DNA of 64,000 nucleotides from Candidatus Magasanikiibacteriota bacterium (GCA_026396515.1 JAPLWQ010000002.1:125575-189574); one strand, 5' to 3'; shown: positions 19,208-29,706, counted from the first letter of the stretch. Numbers and translations are program-made. The notes: a model not told the origin generated them from the letters alone.

Positions 19208-20218
19208 ATGTTGCCCAAAAAAATCACCCCTGAGTCAAAAGTGCATTTAGTTCACACTTCTTCGCCGGTTGAAAAATCCGATATAAGCACTTTTGAAGCC
19301 GCTCTGAAAAAAATTAAAGAGCGCTATTTGAATACCCGGCTTTTTGACGTGCAGAGAAGTTACCTCGACCTGCGGTATCTTTCAGCGTCCGAATCTGAAC
19401 GCTTGCATAAATTTCGCCAGGCAATTAAGGAGGCAAACTGGTTATTGCCTGTTTACGGCGGAACCGGGTGCGAAGATATTATCCGCCATCTTACCGACTC
19501 CGATCTGATAAAAATCAGAAAAAACCGGCCGATTGTAAACGGTTTTTCCGATACGACCTTTTTAATTAACTATCTGTATTTTGAATTAAAATTACAGACT
19601 TTCCATTATTCAAACGTCTGCGGTCTGCGTGAGAATGACAATAATCAGCTTTTCTTTGACGTTGTGGAAGGGCGCACTAATTCTTTTTCTTTTAAGGAAC
19701 AAAATTATTCGTGGCACGGACCGGCCGGGGCGCCGCAGGAGAAAATTGAGGGCATTGCCATCGGCGGCAACATTTCCACATTCCGAGACCTGTTGGACAT
19801 GTACAATATAAAACTGCGCACCTGGGATGACTATATATTGTTTGCCGAGGACATTGATATGGATATTGAGGATCTGCACCGTGTAATCATCGCGCTTGAC
19901 GAGCGTGGGGTATTTCGCCACATCAAGGCGCTGGTAATCGGACGGTTCAGCAAGGCGGAAATGGAAAAGGATTTTAGAAAATTCAACAGAATTTTCGGCA
20001 AAGAAAATGATAATACCGATAAGCCGGATCGGGTCTTTGAATATCTTTTGAGTGATGTACTCGCTTACCGCAAGAAAGCCGGCAATCCGTTGTACATTCT
20101 GGCCGTGGATAACTTCGGTCATGATGTGGAAAAAAATACCATGCTCGTACCTATCGGCGGAAAAACCACGATTTATCCTGATAAAAAAATTGAATTCACC
20201 GGACCGTTCGTGGATTAA
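19208..20218 (+). CDS. LD-carboxypeptidase (peptidase S66, LdcA/MccF-like)
   Basis: 336 aa. N-terminal VHLVHTSSP, GGTGCEDII (GGYG-like) and GFSDTT nucleophile-serine motif characteristic of S66. Confidence 0.55.
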   Translation: MLPKKITPESKVHLVHTSSPVEKSDISTFEAALKKIKERYLNTRLFDVQRSYLDLRYLSASESERLHKFRQAIKEANWLLPVYGGTGCEDIIRHLTDSDLIKIRKNRPIVNGFSDTTFLINYLYFELKLQTFHYSNVCGLRENDNNQLFFDVVEGRTNSFSFKEQNYSWHGPAGAPQEKIEGIAIGGNISTFRDLLDMYNIKLRTWDDYILFAEDIDMDIEDLHRVIIALDERGVFRHIKALVIGRFSKAEMEKDFRKFNRIFGKENDNTDKPDRVFEYLLSDVLAYRKKAGNPLYILAVDNFGHDVEKNTMLVPIGGKTTIYPDKKIEFTGPFVD

Positions 20219-20226
20219 TAAATATT

Positions 20227-20262
20227 AAAAAAGAACCCCGACTTAATCGGGGTTCTTTTTTT
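20227..20262. terminator. Bidirectional rho-independent terminator
   Basis: AAAAAA-GAACCCCGACTTAATCGGGGTTC-TTTTTTT. Confidence 0.7.
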
Positions 20263-20267
20263 AGGTC

Positions 20268-20528
20268 TTACTTTGAACATCCTCCGCTGCAACCGCCGCC
20301 GCATTGTCCGCCGCATTGCGTACAACCCGCCGTACAACCGGCCGCTCCGCAGCCACCGGCTTGCGCCCCATGCGCGCAGCCGCACCCGCCATCGCTTTTT
20401 ACGCTTTCCGTAACCGGCTGCAATGTTTTTGAGCTTGTTGCGCCACCGGAATACGCTGCGGCTATTCCGACTCCAACTATTAGGGTCGCAGCCGCCGCAA
20501 TTCCGCCTATAAACCAAAGTGGTTTCAT
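20268..20528 (-). CDS. Small secreted Cys/Gly-rich peptide (signal peptide + ~40-aa C/G/A-rich tail)
   Basis: 86 aa: MKPLWFIGGIAAAATLIVGVGIAAA... then CGCAHGAQAGGCGAAGCTAGCTQCGGQCGGGCSGGCSK. Shares CGC...CAHx motif with the C-terminus of 20674..21441. Confidence 0.5.
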   Translation of the reverse strand: MKPLWFIGGIAAAATLIVGVGIAAAYSGGATSSKTLQPVTESVKSDGGCGCAHGAQAGGCGAAGCTAGCTQCGGQCGGGCSGGCSK

Positions 20529-20673
20529 GAAAAATATATTATCCGTCTATACGGTTGAGTTATTTTGTGCCGCCCCCGGAAGTGTCCAGTACCCATACTA
20601 CCGGGCAAGCCGGAGGTGGCGAAATATTTTCTCGAGCGCTCATAGAGTATTACGCATGCCAAAAAAATTTCTT

Positions 20674-21441
20674 TCACTCACCGCAGCCACAGCCCGATCC
20701 GGCGCCACAAGTCGCGGTCGCATGCGCACAGGCCGGCGCGACTTGCTGATCGCACCCGCCACATCCGCACCAGGAACGAATTTCCACTGCTCTGAAACTG
20801 CTGGTGCCAAAACGCTCGCCAATAATTTTAATTTTAGCTCCGAGAACCGTGTATTCCACACCGATAGTGCCGGACACCGCCACTTGCCACCTGCGGCCGT
20901 CCTGATCGGTTAGAATAAAATTATATAAATCATCTATTCCTTCAACCTTGCCACCCAAAAGCCCCTGGTCAGGCATTACCCACATCATCCTGTCGCCCTG
21001 CAAATGATGATAAAAAGAGGTTGAATCGGCAATCGATTCTTCAATCATGTGGCCCAAGCCTAAACGATAAAAAACCCCGCCCAATACAACAGTTGAAACA
21101 ACATAGATAATAATTACTTTTGACAAGGTAAACCGGTAGCCATATTTTGTATGCCGCAGGTTGTAATGGGCAAGCAAAATAAAACCAACAAAAATAAGCA
21201 GCCAAAAATACGGAAAAATGAAAAAGACATATTTCCAAACACTGCCGGTAGCCCGGCTCCAAAGATCCCATTCAGCGTTAGCGATGGAAAAAAATGTAAT
21301 AGACACAGCAATACTGCCGACAACCAAAGCGGTTGCGGTCAGAGACCAAAAAATTGACCGTTTCAAAAATACGGCGTAGCGCGAACTCGGATGCATGTTT
21401 TCTTTTTCAATTTTTTCCAAAACTTGTTGGCTAAGCTCCAT
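20674..21441 (-). CDS. Membrane protein, putative anti-sigma factor / sensor, with Cys-rich C-terminal tail
   Basis: 255 aa with ~4 TM helices. C-terminus WCGCGGCDQQVAPACAHATATCGAGSGCGCGE. Start overlaps the ECF sigma gene stop by 11 nt. Confidence 0.5.
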   Translation of the reverse strand: MELSQQVLEKIEKENMHPSSRYAVFLKRSIFWSLTATALVVGSIAVSITFFSIANAEWDLWSRATGSVWKYVFFIFPYFWLLIFVGFILLAHYNLRHTKYGYRFTLSKVIIIYVVSTVVLGGVFYRLGLGHMIEESIADSTSFYHHLQGDRMMWVMPDQGLLGGKVEGIDDLYNFILTDQDGRRWQVAVSGTIGVEYTVLGAKIKIIGERFGTSSFRAVEIRSWCGCGGCDQQVAPACAHATATCGAGSGCGCGE

Positions 21442-22009
21442 ATGTTTTCAATATTTTATTCAACCGCTTTTTTGCTCTGCTAATCAACGTACCGATAGTA
21501 CTCGCCGGCTTACGCAAAATATCCGCCATTTCTTCATAAGTTCTTTCTTCTAAATATTTTAACACGATGGCATCGCGATATTTTTCCGGCAAACGGTCAA
21601 TAGCTTTTTCAAGCCGCGCTCTATCCATCCTTGCATTCATTTCATTATGCATATCATCCCCGCTTTTTATTTTCTCCCAGTCCTCATTCTCAAGAATCAC
21701 ACTCGGTCTGGCTTTTCTTTTACGCCATTCACTGATCGTTTCATTGTGAACAATGCGATATAGCCATGAAGAAAATTTCAGCTTTCTGTCAAAATCATTC
21801 AGATTCAAATATGCCTTTATGTATGATTCCTGTAAAATATCTTCGGCGTCTTCACTGCGTAAACCGGACAAACGGCGGATATATGCGAGAAGCCGGCCCT
21901 GATACCGGCGCATCAAAACTCCAAAAACCTCGCTTTTTTTAATGGAAAGCGACACGAGCTCTTCATCAGCCATTGTTTCTAACTGTCCGTTTGGCATAAA
22001 TGGATACAT
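21431..22009 (-). CDS. ECF-type RNA polymerase sigma-70 factor
   Basis: 192 aa. Region 2 (ILQESYIKAYLNLNDFD...FSSWLYRIVHNETISEWRKR) and region 4 (DAIVLKYLEERTYEEMADIL) signatures. Confidence 0.8.
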   Translation of the reverse strand: MYPFMPNGQLETMADEELVSLSIKKSEVFGVLMRRYQGRLLAYIRRLSGLRSEDAEDILQESYIKAYLNLNDFDRKLKFSSWLYRIVHNETISEWRKRKARPSVILENEDWEKIKSGDDMHNEMNARMDRARLEKAIDRLPEKYRDAIVLKYLEERTYEEMADILRKPASTIGTLISRAKKRLNKILKTYGA

Positions 22010-22043
22010 CTATATTACGGATAGCATAACAGGTTTATTTCAA

Positions 22044-22079
22044 ACAAAAAACCCCCAGCCCAAGGCTGAGGGTTTTATC
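22044..22079 (-). terminator. Terminator downstream of rpsA
   Basis: Minus-strand CCCTCAGCCTTGGGCTGGGGG hairpin followed by a U-tract. Confidence 0.5.
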
Positions 22080-22087
22080 AAATTTCT

Positions 22088-23317
22088 TTATTCCGCTTTC
22101 TTTTCCTCTTCAACCTGTCCGGCTTCAGCAACGGCCTCAACCGCAGCCAATTCATCCAATTTTTTTACTACTTCCTCTTCATCATTTTTCTGGTCTTCCA
22201 CCACTTTTGCGGCTGCTTCAGCTTTGCGCCCGGTCTTGCCTTTTACACCGGCCATACGCAAGCCCAAACGATGCTCTGCCGGCTCGAGCGACACTACCAC
22301 CATTTCCAGCTCCTGTCCGATTTTAAATTTATCGTTAATGTTGGCAATCGGATCATCAGAAAGTTCGGAGATGTGGGCTAACCCGTGTATCTCTTTATCC
22401 AGACTGACCATCAACCCGAACGGTTCAACTTTAATAATTTTTCCTTTCACGGTGTCACCGACTTTAAATTTATCTTTTACTTTCTTCCATGGGTCATCAA
22501 CCAATCTTTTTATGGAAAGATAAATTTTTGAGTGATCAAGTTGAATAATCTGGGCGCGGATCTTGTCCCCCACTTTCAGCAAATCTTTCGGGTGGTCGAT
22601 TCGTTGCCAGGCAATCTCGGAAATGTGCACCAGACCCTCGAGCCCTTCGCCGAATCTCACAAATACGCCGAATGAAGTAATGGCGCTAATTTCTCCGTCA
22701 ACTACATCACCCACTTTATAGGCCTCAAGCACGGCTTTCTGATCATCTTCCCAGACAGCTTTTTCCGACACAATCAACTTTTCTTCTTTCTCATTTACAT
22801 CTATCACTTTTACTTCCAAATCCTGGCCAATCATTTCCTGCAGTTTTTCAAAAATGATATTTTTATCGCCGCCGGCCACGCGCGGATAATGATCCGGGTT
22901 AAGCTGTGACACCGGCATAAAGCCGTTAATCGCACCCACCTGCACCATCAAACCGCCCTTATTGGCGGAATATACTTTCGCTTTAATAGTTATACCCTGA
23001 GCCATCCACTTTCTCATATTGTCCCATACGCGCTGCATGCCGGCAATACGAAATGATAATTCCATTTCACCATTTTCATTTTCCAAATCTATCACTGTAG
23101 CCTCCGTTTCGTCGCCCGGTTTCAAATCGGAATACTCTCGGGACTCGGAGAACATTTCACGCCCGCGGACAATCGCGGTCGTTAAATTCTGTACATCAAT
23201 GCGCACTTCGTTTTTATCAACTGAAATGATTGTGCCCTTTACGATATCACCGATATTCGGAAAGGCCATTAAATGGTCCTCAAGCAATTTTTTGAAGTCC
23301 TGTTTTGGATCTGTCAT
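22088..23317 (-). CDS. rpsA: 30S ribosomal protein S1 (four S1 domains, K/E-rich C-terminus)
   Basis: 409 aa. Repeated S1-domain pattern (G..V.G.I......G.FV). Confidence 0.85.
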   Translation of the reverse strand: MTDPKQDFKKLLEDHLMAFPNIGDIVKGTIISVDKNEVRIDVQNLTTAIVRGREMFSESREYSDLKPGDETEATVIDLENENGEMELSFRIAGMQRVWDNMRKWMAQGITIKAKVYSANKGGLMVQVGAINGFMPVSQLNPDHYPRVAGGDKNIIFEKLQEMIGQDLEVKVIDVNEKEEKLIVSEKAVWEDDQKAVLEAYKVGDVVDGEISAITSFGVFVRFGEGLEGLVHISEIAWQRIDHPKDLLKVGDKIRAQIIQLDHSKIYLSIKRLVDDPWKKVKDKFKVGDTVKGKIIKVEPFGLMVSLDKEIHGLAHISELSDDPIANINDKFKIGQELEMVVVSLEPAEHRLGLRMAGVKGKTGRKAEAAAKVVEDQKNDEEEVVKKLDELAAVEAVAEAGQVEEEKKAE

Positions 23318-23536
23318 ATTTAACGCAAAAAAATCCGCTTATCCCTTCGCGTCTTTGCGCGAGCAGGTTCCCACCACTAAATTGGGCGGGATTATTATGA
23401 ATTATTTTGTAAAGTGAGTATATATGATAACAGGCAACCTGTCAAGATTATCTCCATATCACGGCCAAAAGACCGCTATTTTCGCTTGATAGGGCGCTAA
23501 AAATGCAGTATAATGACAATGTAAATAATCAATATT

Positions 23537-24400
23537 ATGTTCTATTATATTATCGGCGCCTTAATACTTCTAACCAACAAGGTGCGTTATTATATTTTTG
23601 GCTATGGCCATCCACGGCCATTTTCAGTTGCCGACATCGACCGGACAATAAATTATGATTTGGATGTTTTTGATGGATGGATGAAGCAGCTGAAAAACTA
23701 TTCAGGCGCGAGTGACATAAAGGGTAAAAAAATTCTGGAGCTCGGTCCGGGTGCTGATCTTGGCAATGCCTTTATCGCCCTCGCCCACGGTGCCGCTTCC
23801 TACACTGCTTATGATGCCAACCCTTTGGCAAAAAATTGTTCGGACTCTTTTTATGAAAAATTATTTTCCGTGCTGGCTGAAAAATTCGGCGCCTCCATCG
23901 ATCTGTTCAGAGATGAACTGTCAAAACTCAAAAATAACAGTGGCCGCATTCGCTATATCTGCAACAAAAATTTTGATTTATCGATTTTGAAAACCCAAAA
24001 ATTTGATTATTTTTTCAGTCAGGCGGCTTTTGAACATTTTGATAATGTCGAAAAAGTTTTAAGTCAAATATCTTTAATAGCAACACCCAGTGCGATATTG
24101 ATTGCAGAAATTGACCTGCAGACGCACACGCAAATCATCCGCAACCGCGACCCATTAAACATTTACCGCTTCTCTGAATCTTTTTACCACTATTGCCATT
24201 TCAATGGAATTCCTAACCGCATCCGGCCTCAAACATATGCAGAGTTGCTCAAAAACAATGGCTGGAACAACATTCAGGTGATTCCGCTAAACAAATTGGG
24301 GCAGAAAGAAATGGAAAGAATCAGGCCGGAACTTAACAGAAAATATACTGTCGACCCGCATCTGAACCACTTAAGTTTTGTGTTGATCGGTTCGAAATAG
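23537..24400 (+). CDS. Class I SAM-dependent methyltransferase
   Basis: 287 aa. Motif I ILELGPGADLG. Confidence 0.55.
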   Translation: MFYYIIGALILLTNKVRYYIFGYGHPRPFSVADIDRTINYDLDVFDGWMKQLKNYSGASDIKGKKILELGPGADLGNAFIALAHGAASYTAYDANPLAKNCSDSFYEKLFSVLAEKFGASIDLFRDELSKLKNNSGRIRYICNKNFDLSILKTQKFDYFFSQAAFEHFDNVEKVLSQISLIATPSAILIAEIDLQTHTQIIRNRDPLNIYRFSESFYHYCHFNGIPNRIRPQTYAELLKNNGWNNIQVIPLNKLGQKEMERIRPELNRKYTVDPHLNHLSFVLIGSK

Positions 24401-24538
24401 AGACAAATTATTTGGCATTAATAAATTGGCTTATTTTAGCCAAAAAATAGCCACAAAATATCCCCACTTCCGGCTTGATAAAGCTTGTTTTTTATGATAA
24501 AATGTTAATGCTTTGAAACAATAATTTTAGCGAATATT

Positions 24539-25162
24539 ATGCACATCAATTGGCTCGGCCAGACCTGCGTCAAATTGCAGACAAAAAACCTAAAAGACGA
24601 GGATGTTGTAATTCTAATTGACGCCTACCGGCCTTCTGTCGGTGATTTTCCGCGCAGTTTCACCCCTCAAATCGCCCTATACTCTCAAGGCGAAGATGAT
24701 GCCGCCACGCTTAGCCAGGATCCATTTATTCTACAAACTCTTGGCGAAGTGGAATTAAAAGACACGATGATCTATTCTTTGCCCGGGCCGGATGAAACCA
24801 TTGTTTTCAAAATTCTTTCCGAAGGGTTAACTATTGTGCATCTTGGACGCACTAATCACAAGCTAAACACAGAAACAATCGCCAAACTCGGCAATCCTGA
24901 TATTTTATTTGTGCCGGTTGGCGGTGAAAAGAACGGCACTCTTGAGGCCGAGGATGCCGCTGCTACCGTTACCGCGCTTGAACCGAGAATTGTCATCCCG
25001 ATGGCTTATCAATGCGACACTGACCCAAAAGCCGCTCTAATTTCTGAATTTATAAAAAATCTGGGATTAAAACCGGAAGCAACCGACAAAAAATTTATCA
25101 TTAAGAAAAAAGATCTGCCTCAAGAGGAAACAAGGTTGATGATTTTGGAAAAAAATTATTAG
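24539..25162 (+). CDS. MBL-fold metal-dependent hydrolase-like protein (UPF0173-like)
   Basis: 207 aa. N-terminus INWLGQTCVKLQ...VVILIDAY resembles the UPF0173 / YtkL start (ITWLGHSA...ILIDPF), with Q replacing the first His. Confidence 0.4.
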   Translation: MHINWLGQTCVKLQTKNLKDEDVVILIDAYRPSVGDFPRSFTPQIALYSQGEDDAATLSQDPFILQTLGEVELKDTMIYSLPGPDETIVFKILSEGLTIVHLGRTNHKLNTETIAKLGNPDILFVPVGGEKNGTLEAEDAAATVTALEPRIVIPMAYQCDTDPKAALISEFIKNLGLKPEATDKKFIIKKKDLPQEETRLMILEKNY

Positions 25163-25163
25163 T

Positions 25164-25514
25164 ATGCGCAAAGAGGAAAAGAATCAAAGACAAATTCAAC
25201 ATATTTTGCAAAAAAGACGCATTATGTTTTTTTCCGTTTTAGCCGTGGCCATTATTATGACCGGCCTATGGGGCTTTACTCTGCGTAACCAGTTTCTTTC
25301 CTTCAACTGGGCCGGCTCATCCGAAACGAACCTTTTCAAAGCGGCAAAAAGTGACTTGCAAGAGGCGTCTGATATAATTGAAAAACCGATCCGTGAGCAA
25401 GCGGCGGCAAAAGAACAGGTGCGCAGTACGCTTCAAAATATTATTGACAATGCCGTCAGTAGCGGCACTTCCGAGCTAATCGCTTCCACCACTTCAGCCA
25501 CTTCAACAAATTAA
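25164..25514 (+). CDS. Small membrane-anchored hypothetical protein
   Basis: 116 aa with one TM (FFSVLAVAIIMTGLWGF). Start overlaps the previous stop. Confidence 0.4.
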   Translation: MRKEEKNQRQIQHILQKRRIMFFSVLAVAIIMTGLWGFTLRNQFLSFNWAGSSETNLFKAAKSDLQEASDIIEKPIREQAAAKEQVRSTLQNIIDNAVSSGTSELIASTTSATSTN

Positions 25515-25531
25515 TTGTTTTTTGGTTTTTT

Positions 25532-28024
25532 ATGCAAGAAAAAATGTCATTACCCTCTTCCGATAATATCGGCAAACTAATTGCCGCTCCGATCGCCGAA
25601 GAAGTCAAACAGTCATATTTGGAGTATGCCATGAGCGTAATAGTTTCGCGCGCTCTGCCGGACGTGCGGGACGGTTTTAAACCGGTTCACCGGCGCATTA
25701 TGTATGCCATGTGGGATGTTGGGCTGAAACACACATCAAGATACCGAAAATCAGCGCATGTGGTCGGCGAGGTAATGGCCAAATATCACCCGCACGGCGA
25801 TGCCGCCATCTATGATTCCATGGTCCGCATGGCGCAAGATTTTTCCATGCGCCAAGTGTTTGTTGACGGACAGGGCAATTTTGGCTCAATGGACGGCGAC
25901 CCTGCCGCTGCAATGCGCTATACCGAGGCACGACTTGCTTCTTTGGCCGAAGAAATGCTTTTTGATATTGATAAAAATACCGTTGATTTTATTCCTACCT
26001 ATGACGGTTCTCATCAAGAACCCACGGTCCTGCCTTCAAAAGTCCCCAATCTTCTGTTGAATGGCACTATGGGCATTGCCGTGGGCATGTCCACCTCCAT
26101 ACCGCCGCATAATTTAGGCGAGCTCTGCGACGGCGTATCATTATTAATTGAAAAACCAAAATCAACCATAGAGGAACTAGCCGAAATTATTAAAGGTCCG
26201 GACTTCCCCACCGGCGGCATTATTTACAATAAAAAGGATATCGCCGCCATGTATGCGACCGGCAAAGGCGGAGTAGCACTTCGGGCAAAAGCTGAAATCC
26301 AGGAAACTAAAACCGGCCACTTTCAAATAATTATCACTGAGGTCCCCTATCAGGTAAATAAGGCAACACTGCTTGAAAAAATCGCCAACCTGGTGCAGGA
26401 GAAAAAAATCGAAGGCATCAAAGATCTCCGCGACGAGTCAAACAAAGACGGCGTACGCGCGGTTATTGAACTCAAAAAAGATTCTTATCCGAAAAAAATT
26501 CTGAACCAACTGTTCAAGATGACTGAGTTGCAGACAACTTTCCACAGCAACATGCTGGCATTGGTTGACGGCATCCAACCGCGCATATTGAACTTAAAAA
26601 CCATTCTCGAAGAATTTATCAAACACCGCCAGGTGATTATCCGCCGCCGCACGGAGTTTGATTTGGAAAAAGCCAAAGACCGCGCCCATATTTTAGACGG
26701 ATTAAAAATGGCACTGGACCAAATTGATTTGGTGATCAAAACTATCCGCGCTTCACAAGATAAGGACGAAGCAAAAATCAATTTGATTAAAAAATTCAAA
26801 TTTTCCGACCGGCAAGCTACTGCAATTTTAGAAATGAGGCTACAGCAGCTGGCCAACCTTGAACGCCAAAGAATTGAAGACGAACTAAAAGAAAAAAAGG
26901 CCTTAATAAAGGAATTGGAATCAATTCTTGTTTCCGAATCTAAAATTCTTAAAATTATTAAAACCGAAACTGAAGAAATTAGGGCCAAATATGCCCAACC
27001 GCGACGAACACAGATTGTCGCGCACGGCATAAAAGAATTTACCGTAGAAGATCTTGTTCCAAACGAGTCAACAATGATTGTCGTTACAACCGATGGCTAC
27101 GTGAAGCGCTTGCCACCGGACACTTTCCGACAGCAATCCCGCGGAGGAAAAGGCGTGATAGGCGTCACCACCAAGGAAGAAGAATCGGTTGACCAAATAC
27201 AGATGACCAACACACACGACAGCGTGTTGTTCTTTACGAACCGCGGCCGTGTCTTCCAGCTTTTTGCCTACGACATCCCTCAAGGAAGCCGCACGGCAAA
27301 AGGGCAGGCCTTGGTAAATTTCCTTCAGTTGGCGCCGAATGAGAAAGTGACAGCCCTTCTAACGATGGGCAATTTATCAGAAATTAAATATCTTGTAATG
27401 GTGACAAAAAAGGGTTTAATCAAAAAAACAGCGCTTGAGGATTTTTCGAATGTACGCCGTAGCGGCCTGATCGCCTTAAAACTTAAAAGCGAAGACTCAA
27501 TGGAGTGGGTCAAGCCATCAAGCGGGCACGATGAAGTCAGTATAATCACGCTTAAAGGCCAAGCCATCCGCTTTGATGAGGGCGACGTGCGCCCTATGGG
27601 CAGAAACGCCGCCGGTGTGCGCGGTATGCGCTTGCATGACAAAGATGAGGTGATTTCTATGGACATTGTTGACCCAAAAAATAAAAATTTGGAACTTCTG
27701 ATAGTGGGTGAAAACGGCATCGGCAAGCGCACGCCTCTTGCCCAATACAAAGTTCAAGGACGCGGCGGCAGCGGCATCAAGACAGCCGAAATAACGCAAA
27801 AAACCGGCAACTTAATCCATGCCAGGCTTGTTGACGGGTCAAAAGAGGAAAAATATGATCTACTCTTAATGTCCGCCAAGGGTCAGGTTATCAGGTTGCC
27901 TTTAAAAACCGTTTCCGTGTCCGGAAGGGCTACCCAAGGCGTCCGGCTGATGAGATCCAAGGAGGAAGGCGACCGTGTGGCGAGCGTAACGGTTATTGAA
28001 AATAATGGAGACGCACTGGCATAA
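25532..28024 (+). CDS. gyrA: DNA gyrase subunit A
   Basis: 830 aa. HRRIMYAM...[35 protein letters not shown]...[11 protein letters not shown], GyrA-box QQSRGGKG, C-terminal beta-pinwheel repeats. Confidence 0.9.
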   Translation: MQEKMSLPSSDNIGKLIAAPIAEEVKQSYLEYAMSVIVSRALPDVRDGFKPVHRRIMYAMWDVGLKHTSRYRKSAHVVGEVMAKYHPHGDAAIYDSMVRMAQDFSMRQVFVDGQGNFGSMDGDPAAAMRYTEARLASLAEEMLFDIDKNTVDFIPTYDGSHQEPTVLPSKVPNLLLNGTMGIAVGMSTSIPPHNLGELCDGVSLLIEKPKSTIEELAEIIKGPDFPTGGIIYNKKDIAAMYATGKGGVALRAKAEIQETKTGHFQIIITEVPYQVNKATLLEKIANLVQEKKIEGIKDLRDESNKDGVRAVIELKKDSYPKKILNQLFKMTELQTTFHSNMLALVDGIQPRILNLKTILEEFIKHRQVIIRRRTEFDLEKAKDRAHILDGLKMALDQIDLVIKTIRASQDKDEAKINLIKKFKFSDRQATAILEMRLQQLANLERQRIEDELKEKKALIKELESILVSESKILKIIKTETEEIRAKYAQPRRTQIVAHGIKEFTVEDLVPNESTMIVVTTDGYVKRLPPDTFRQQSRGGKGVIGVTTKEEESVDQIQMTNTHDSVLFFTNRGRVFQLFAYDIPQGSRTAKGQALVNFLQLAPNEKVTALLTMGNLSEIKYLVMVTKKGLIKKTALEDFSNVRRSGLIALKLKSEDSMEWVKPSSGHDEVSIITLKGQAIRFDEGDVRPMGRNAAGVRGMRLHDKDEVISMDIVDPKNKNLELLIVGENGIGKRTPLAQYKVQGRGGSGIKTAEITQKTGNLIHARLVDGSKEEKYDLLLMSAKGQVIRLPLKTVSVSGRATQGVRLMRSKEEGDRVASVTVIENNGDALA

Positions 28025-28032
28025 ATTTATTT

Positions 28033-28067
28033 AAAAAAAACCGCCAGCCTGGGGCTGGTGGTTTTTT
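28033..28067. terminator. Bidirectional rho-independent terminator between gyrA and the NUDIX gene
   Basis: AAAAAAAA-CCGCCAGCCTGGGGCTGGTGG-TTTTTT. Confidence 0.7.
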
Positions 28068-28070
28068 ATT

Positions 28071-28499
28071 TTATATAATTTTCATTTTTTTTAACCAATA
28101 ATCCCAAATCGGTTCAAGAGTCAACGTTTTTATCTCTTCCGGTGTGTACCAGCCAATCGATTTCTCTTCCAACGTAAACAAAGCCGGTTCGCCCTCGCAT
28201 ACGCACTCATATACATACCAATAATGAACCGATATCCCCCGACTGCAGACATTCCCATCCGCTTCTTCTTCAAAAATCTTTTTACTCTGAACAATTTGTA
28301 AACCGCTTTCCTCCTGCACTTCTCTCACCAGTGCTTCTTCCGGCGTCTCGCCTTCTTCAATATGTCCGGCGATGCAGGCAAAACCCATTGGAAATATTTT
28401 TCTGTCTATCATTAAAAATTTTCCGTCGCGTTTTATCACCGCGGAAGCAGTAAAGTGCATCAGATGTCCTTTTGTTGATTGTCCTGTTTTTGCCGGCAT
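28071..28499 (-). CDS. NUDIX hydrolase
   Basis: 142 aa. Nudix box GHIEEGETPEEALVREVQEESGL. Confidence 0.75.
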   Translation of the reverse strand: MPAKTGQSTKGHLMHFTASAVIKRDGKFLMIDRKIFPMGFACIAGHIEEGETPEEALVREVQEESGLQIVQSKKIFEEEADGNVCSRGISVHYWYVYECVCEGEPALFTLEEKSIGWYTPEEIKTLTLEPIWDYWLKKMKII

Positions 28500-28515
28500 A
28501 AATTAGTATTATTAT

Positions 28516-28587
28516 GTGCCCTCGGCGCGAATCGAACGCGCACCATCTCCTTCGGAGGGAGATATTCTATCCATTGAACTACGAGGA
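28516..28587 (-). tRNA. tRNA-Arg (anticodon CCG)
   Basis: Minus strand GUCCUCGUAGUUCAAUGGAUAGAAUAUCUCCCUCCGAAGGAGAUGGUGCGCGUUCGAUUCGCGCCGAGGGCA. 7-bp acceptor, T-loop UUCGAUU, anticodon loop CUCCGAA. Confidence 0.75.
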
Positions 28588-29577
28588 CTAAATCATCCGC
28601 CTTAAGGCCCGCAAACATCCATAAAATTTGTATCTCCAAGACGAAATGGAAAAATCAAACGTCCCCGGATCTTCCCGGTACTCACCGCCAAACCCCTGCT
28701 TAAACTTGGTCACGCCGGCATACTGATGATTATTATCATATTCATAATTGCCGTCCGCCTGCTGCCCGGTCTTGGGCGCTACACCAAAGAAATCATAAAA
28801 TTTGAAATCATACCTCTGACCCATTTTTATCCCTTCCCATTGGATCAAATATGGTGCCATTAAAGAACGGTGCTCGTAGTCGGATGCGCCAAATACATAA
28901 GTGAATGTATCCCCAAAACCGATGAAGACCGCAACAGCAATGGCCTTAGGTCCGTAATATACAGTGAGCTGGTGAGAAAGCGAAGAAAAAATAATTTCAT
29001 GATAATGCCGGGTTTCATGCAAGCGAAATTTATCACGCCTACCGGTTTCCTTCATCAGAGCCATAAATGCATCAGCATCTTTAGCATCACTAACGCGCAA
29101 ATCTTTTTTTTGCGCCAAATTAATATTGTACCGTGTTTTCTGATGCATATTGGCGAGCAGTTCATCAGGTGTATGCCTTAAACCCAAAATTAATGTCGCC
29201 CGCGGATTGAAATCAGGAACCTTTTCGGCGCCGGCGAAATTTCTCGACGGCTCAATTCTAAAAAAAATGCATTTTTTATCCGACAAATATTTTATCAATT
29301 CTTCGTTGATATTATTTATTGAACCCAACTCTAAATTCTTTTTATAAACCGGCCCCTTTGGGCAATACGCATATAGCCAGCCAAACGGCAATTTATGATA
29401 TTCGATAAGCGCCATTGCCACCGGTTCATTGTCGTCAAAAACAACCAGGCGCTCAATGTTTTTCCCTTCGCGCGATAATATCTCTTCCCATTCAAAGGAT
29501 TGGCAAAAAGGCGCCTTTTCAGCGTTTTCTTTTAGCCAGCTATTAACCATTTCATATTTTGTTTCAACTTTCAGCAT
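28588..29577 (-). CDS. FemAB-family peptidoglycan cross-bridge aminoacyltransferase-like protein
   Basis: 329 aa. Composition and motifs resemble FemX/FemAB (GNAT-like duplicated fold). By-eye call. Confidence 0.45.
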   Translation of the reverse strand: MLKVETKYEMVNSWLKENAEKAPFCQSFEWEEILSREGKNIERLVVFDDNEPVAMALIEYHKLPFGWLYAYCPKGPVYKKNLELGSINNINEELIKYLSDKKCIFFRIEPSRNFAGAEKVPDFNPRATLILGLRHTPDELLANMHQKTRYNINLAQKKDLRVSDAKDADAFMALMKETGRRDKFRLHETRHYHEIIFSSLSHQLTVYYGPKAIAVAVFIGFGDTFTYVFGASDYEHRSLMAPYLIQWEGIKMGQRYDFKFYDFFGVAPKTGQQADGNYEYDNNHQYAGVTKFKQGFGGEYREDPGTFDFSISSWRYKFYGCLRALRRMI

Positions 29578-29626
29578 ATTTTATTTTGCCAATTAATCTT
29601 ATCTCATTAACTGGATTTTAGCAATT

Positions 29627-29660
29627 GAAAATGAAAAGCGCGTCTCCGGGGAGACGCGCT
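29627..29660 (-). terminator. GC-rich palindromic hairpin (AGCGCGTCTCCGGGGAGACGCGCT) plus U-tract: terminator at the edge of GC island 2
   Basis: Perfect 11-bp-arm palindrome. Minus-strand U-rich tract follows (UUUUCAUUUUC). Confidence 0.5.
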
Positions 29661-29695
29661 ATACGGGTGTGGGGAGACGCGCTATACGGGTGTGG
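29650..29695. repeat. Tandem direct repeat, 2 full copies of a 23-nt unit GGAGACGCGCTATACGGGTGTGG (partial third copy)
   Basis: Copies at 29650-29672 and 29673-29695. The first copy overlaps the palindrome arm. Confidence 0.8.
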
Positions 29696-29706
29696 GGCGA
29701 CGCTCG

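Noticed and set aside
25698-27799. Internal/antisense ORFs within gyrA (25698..25931, 26485..27030, 27325..27750 etc.)
   Set aside because: Overlapped by the well-supported 830-aa GyrA frame.
29650-29700. Possible CRISPR array
   Set aside because: Only ~2.4 directly abutting copies of a 23-nt unit with no spacers. No cas genes. Interpreted as a tandem repeat at an island boundary.
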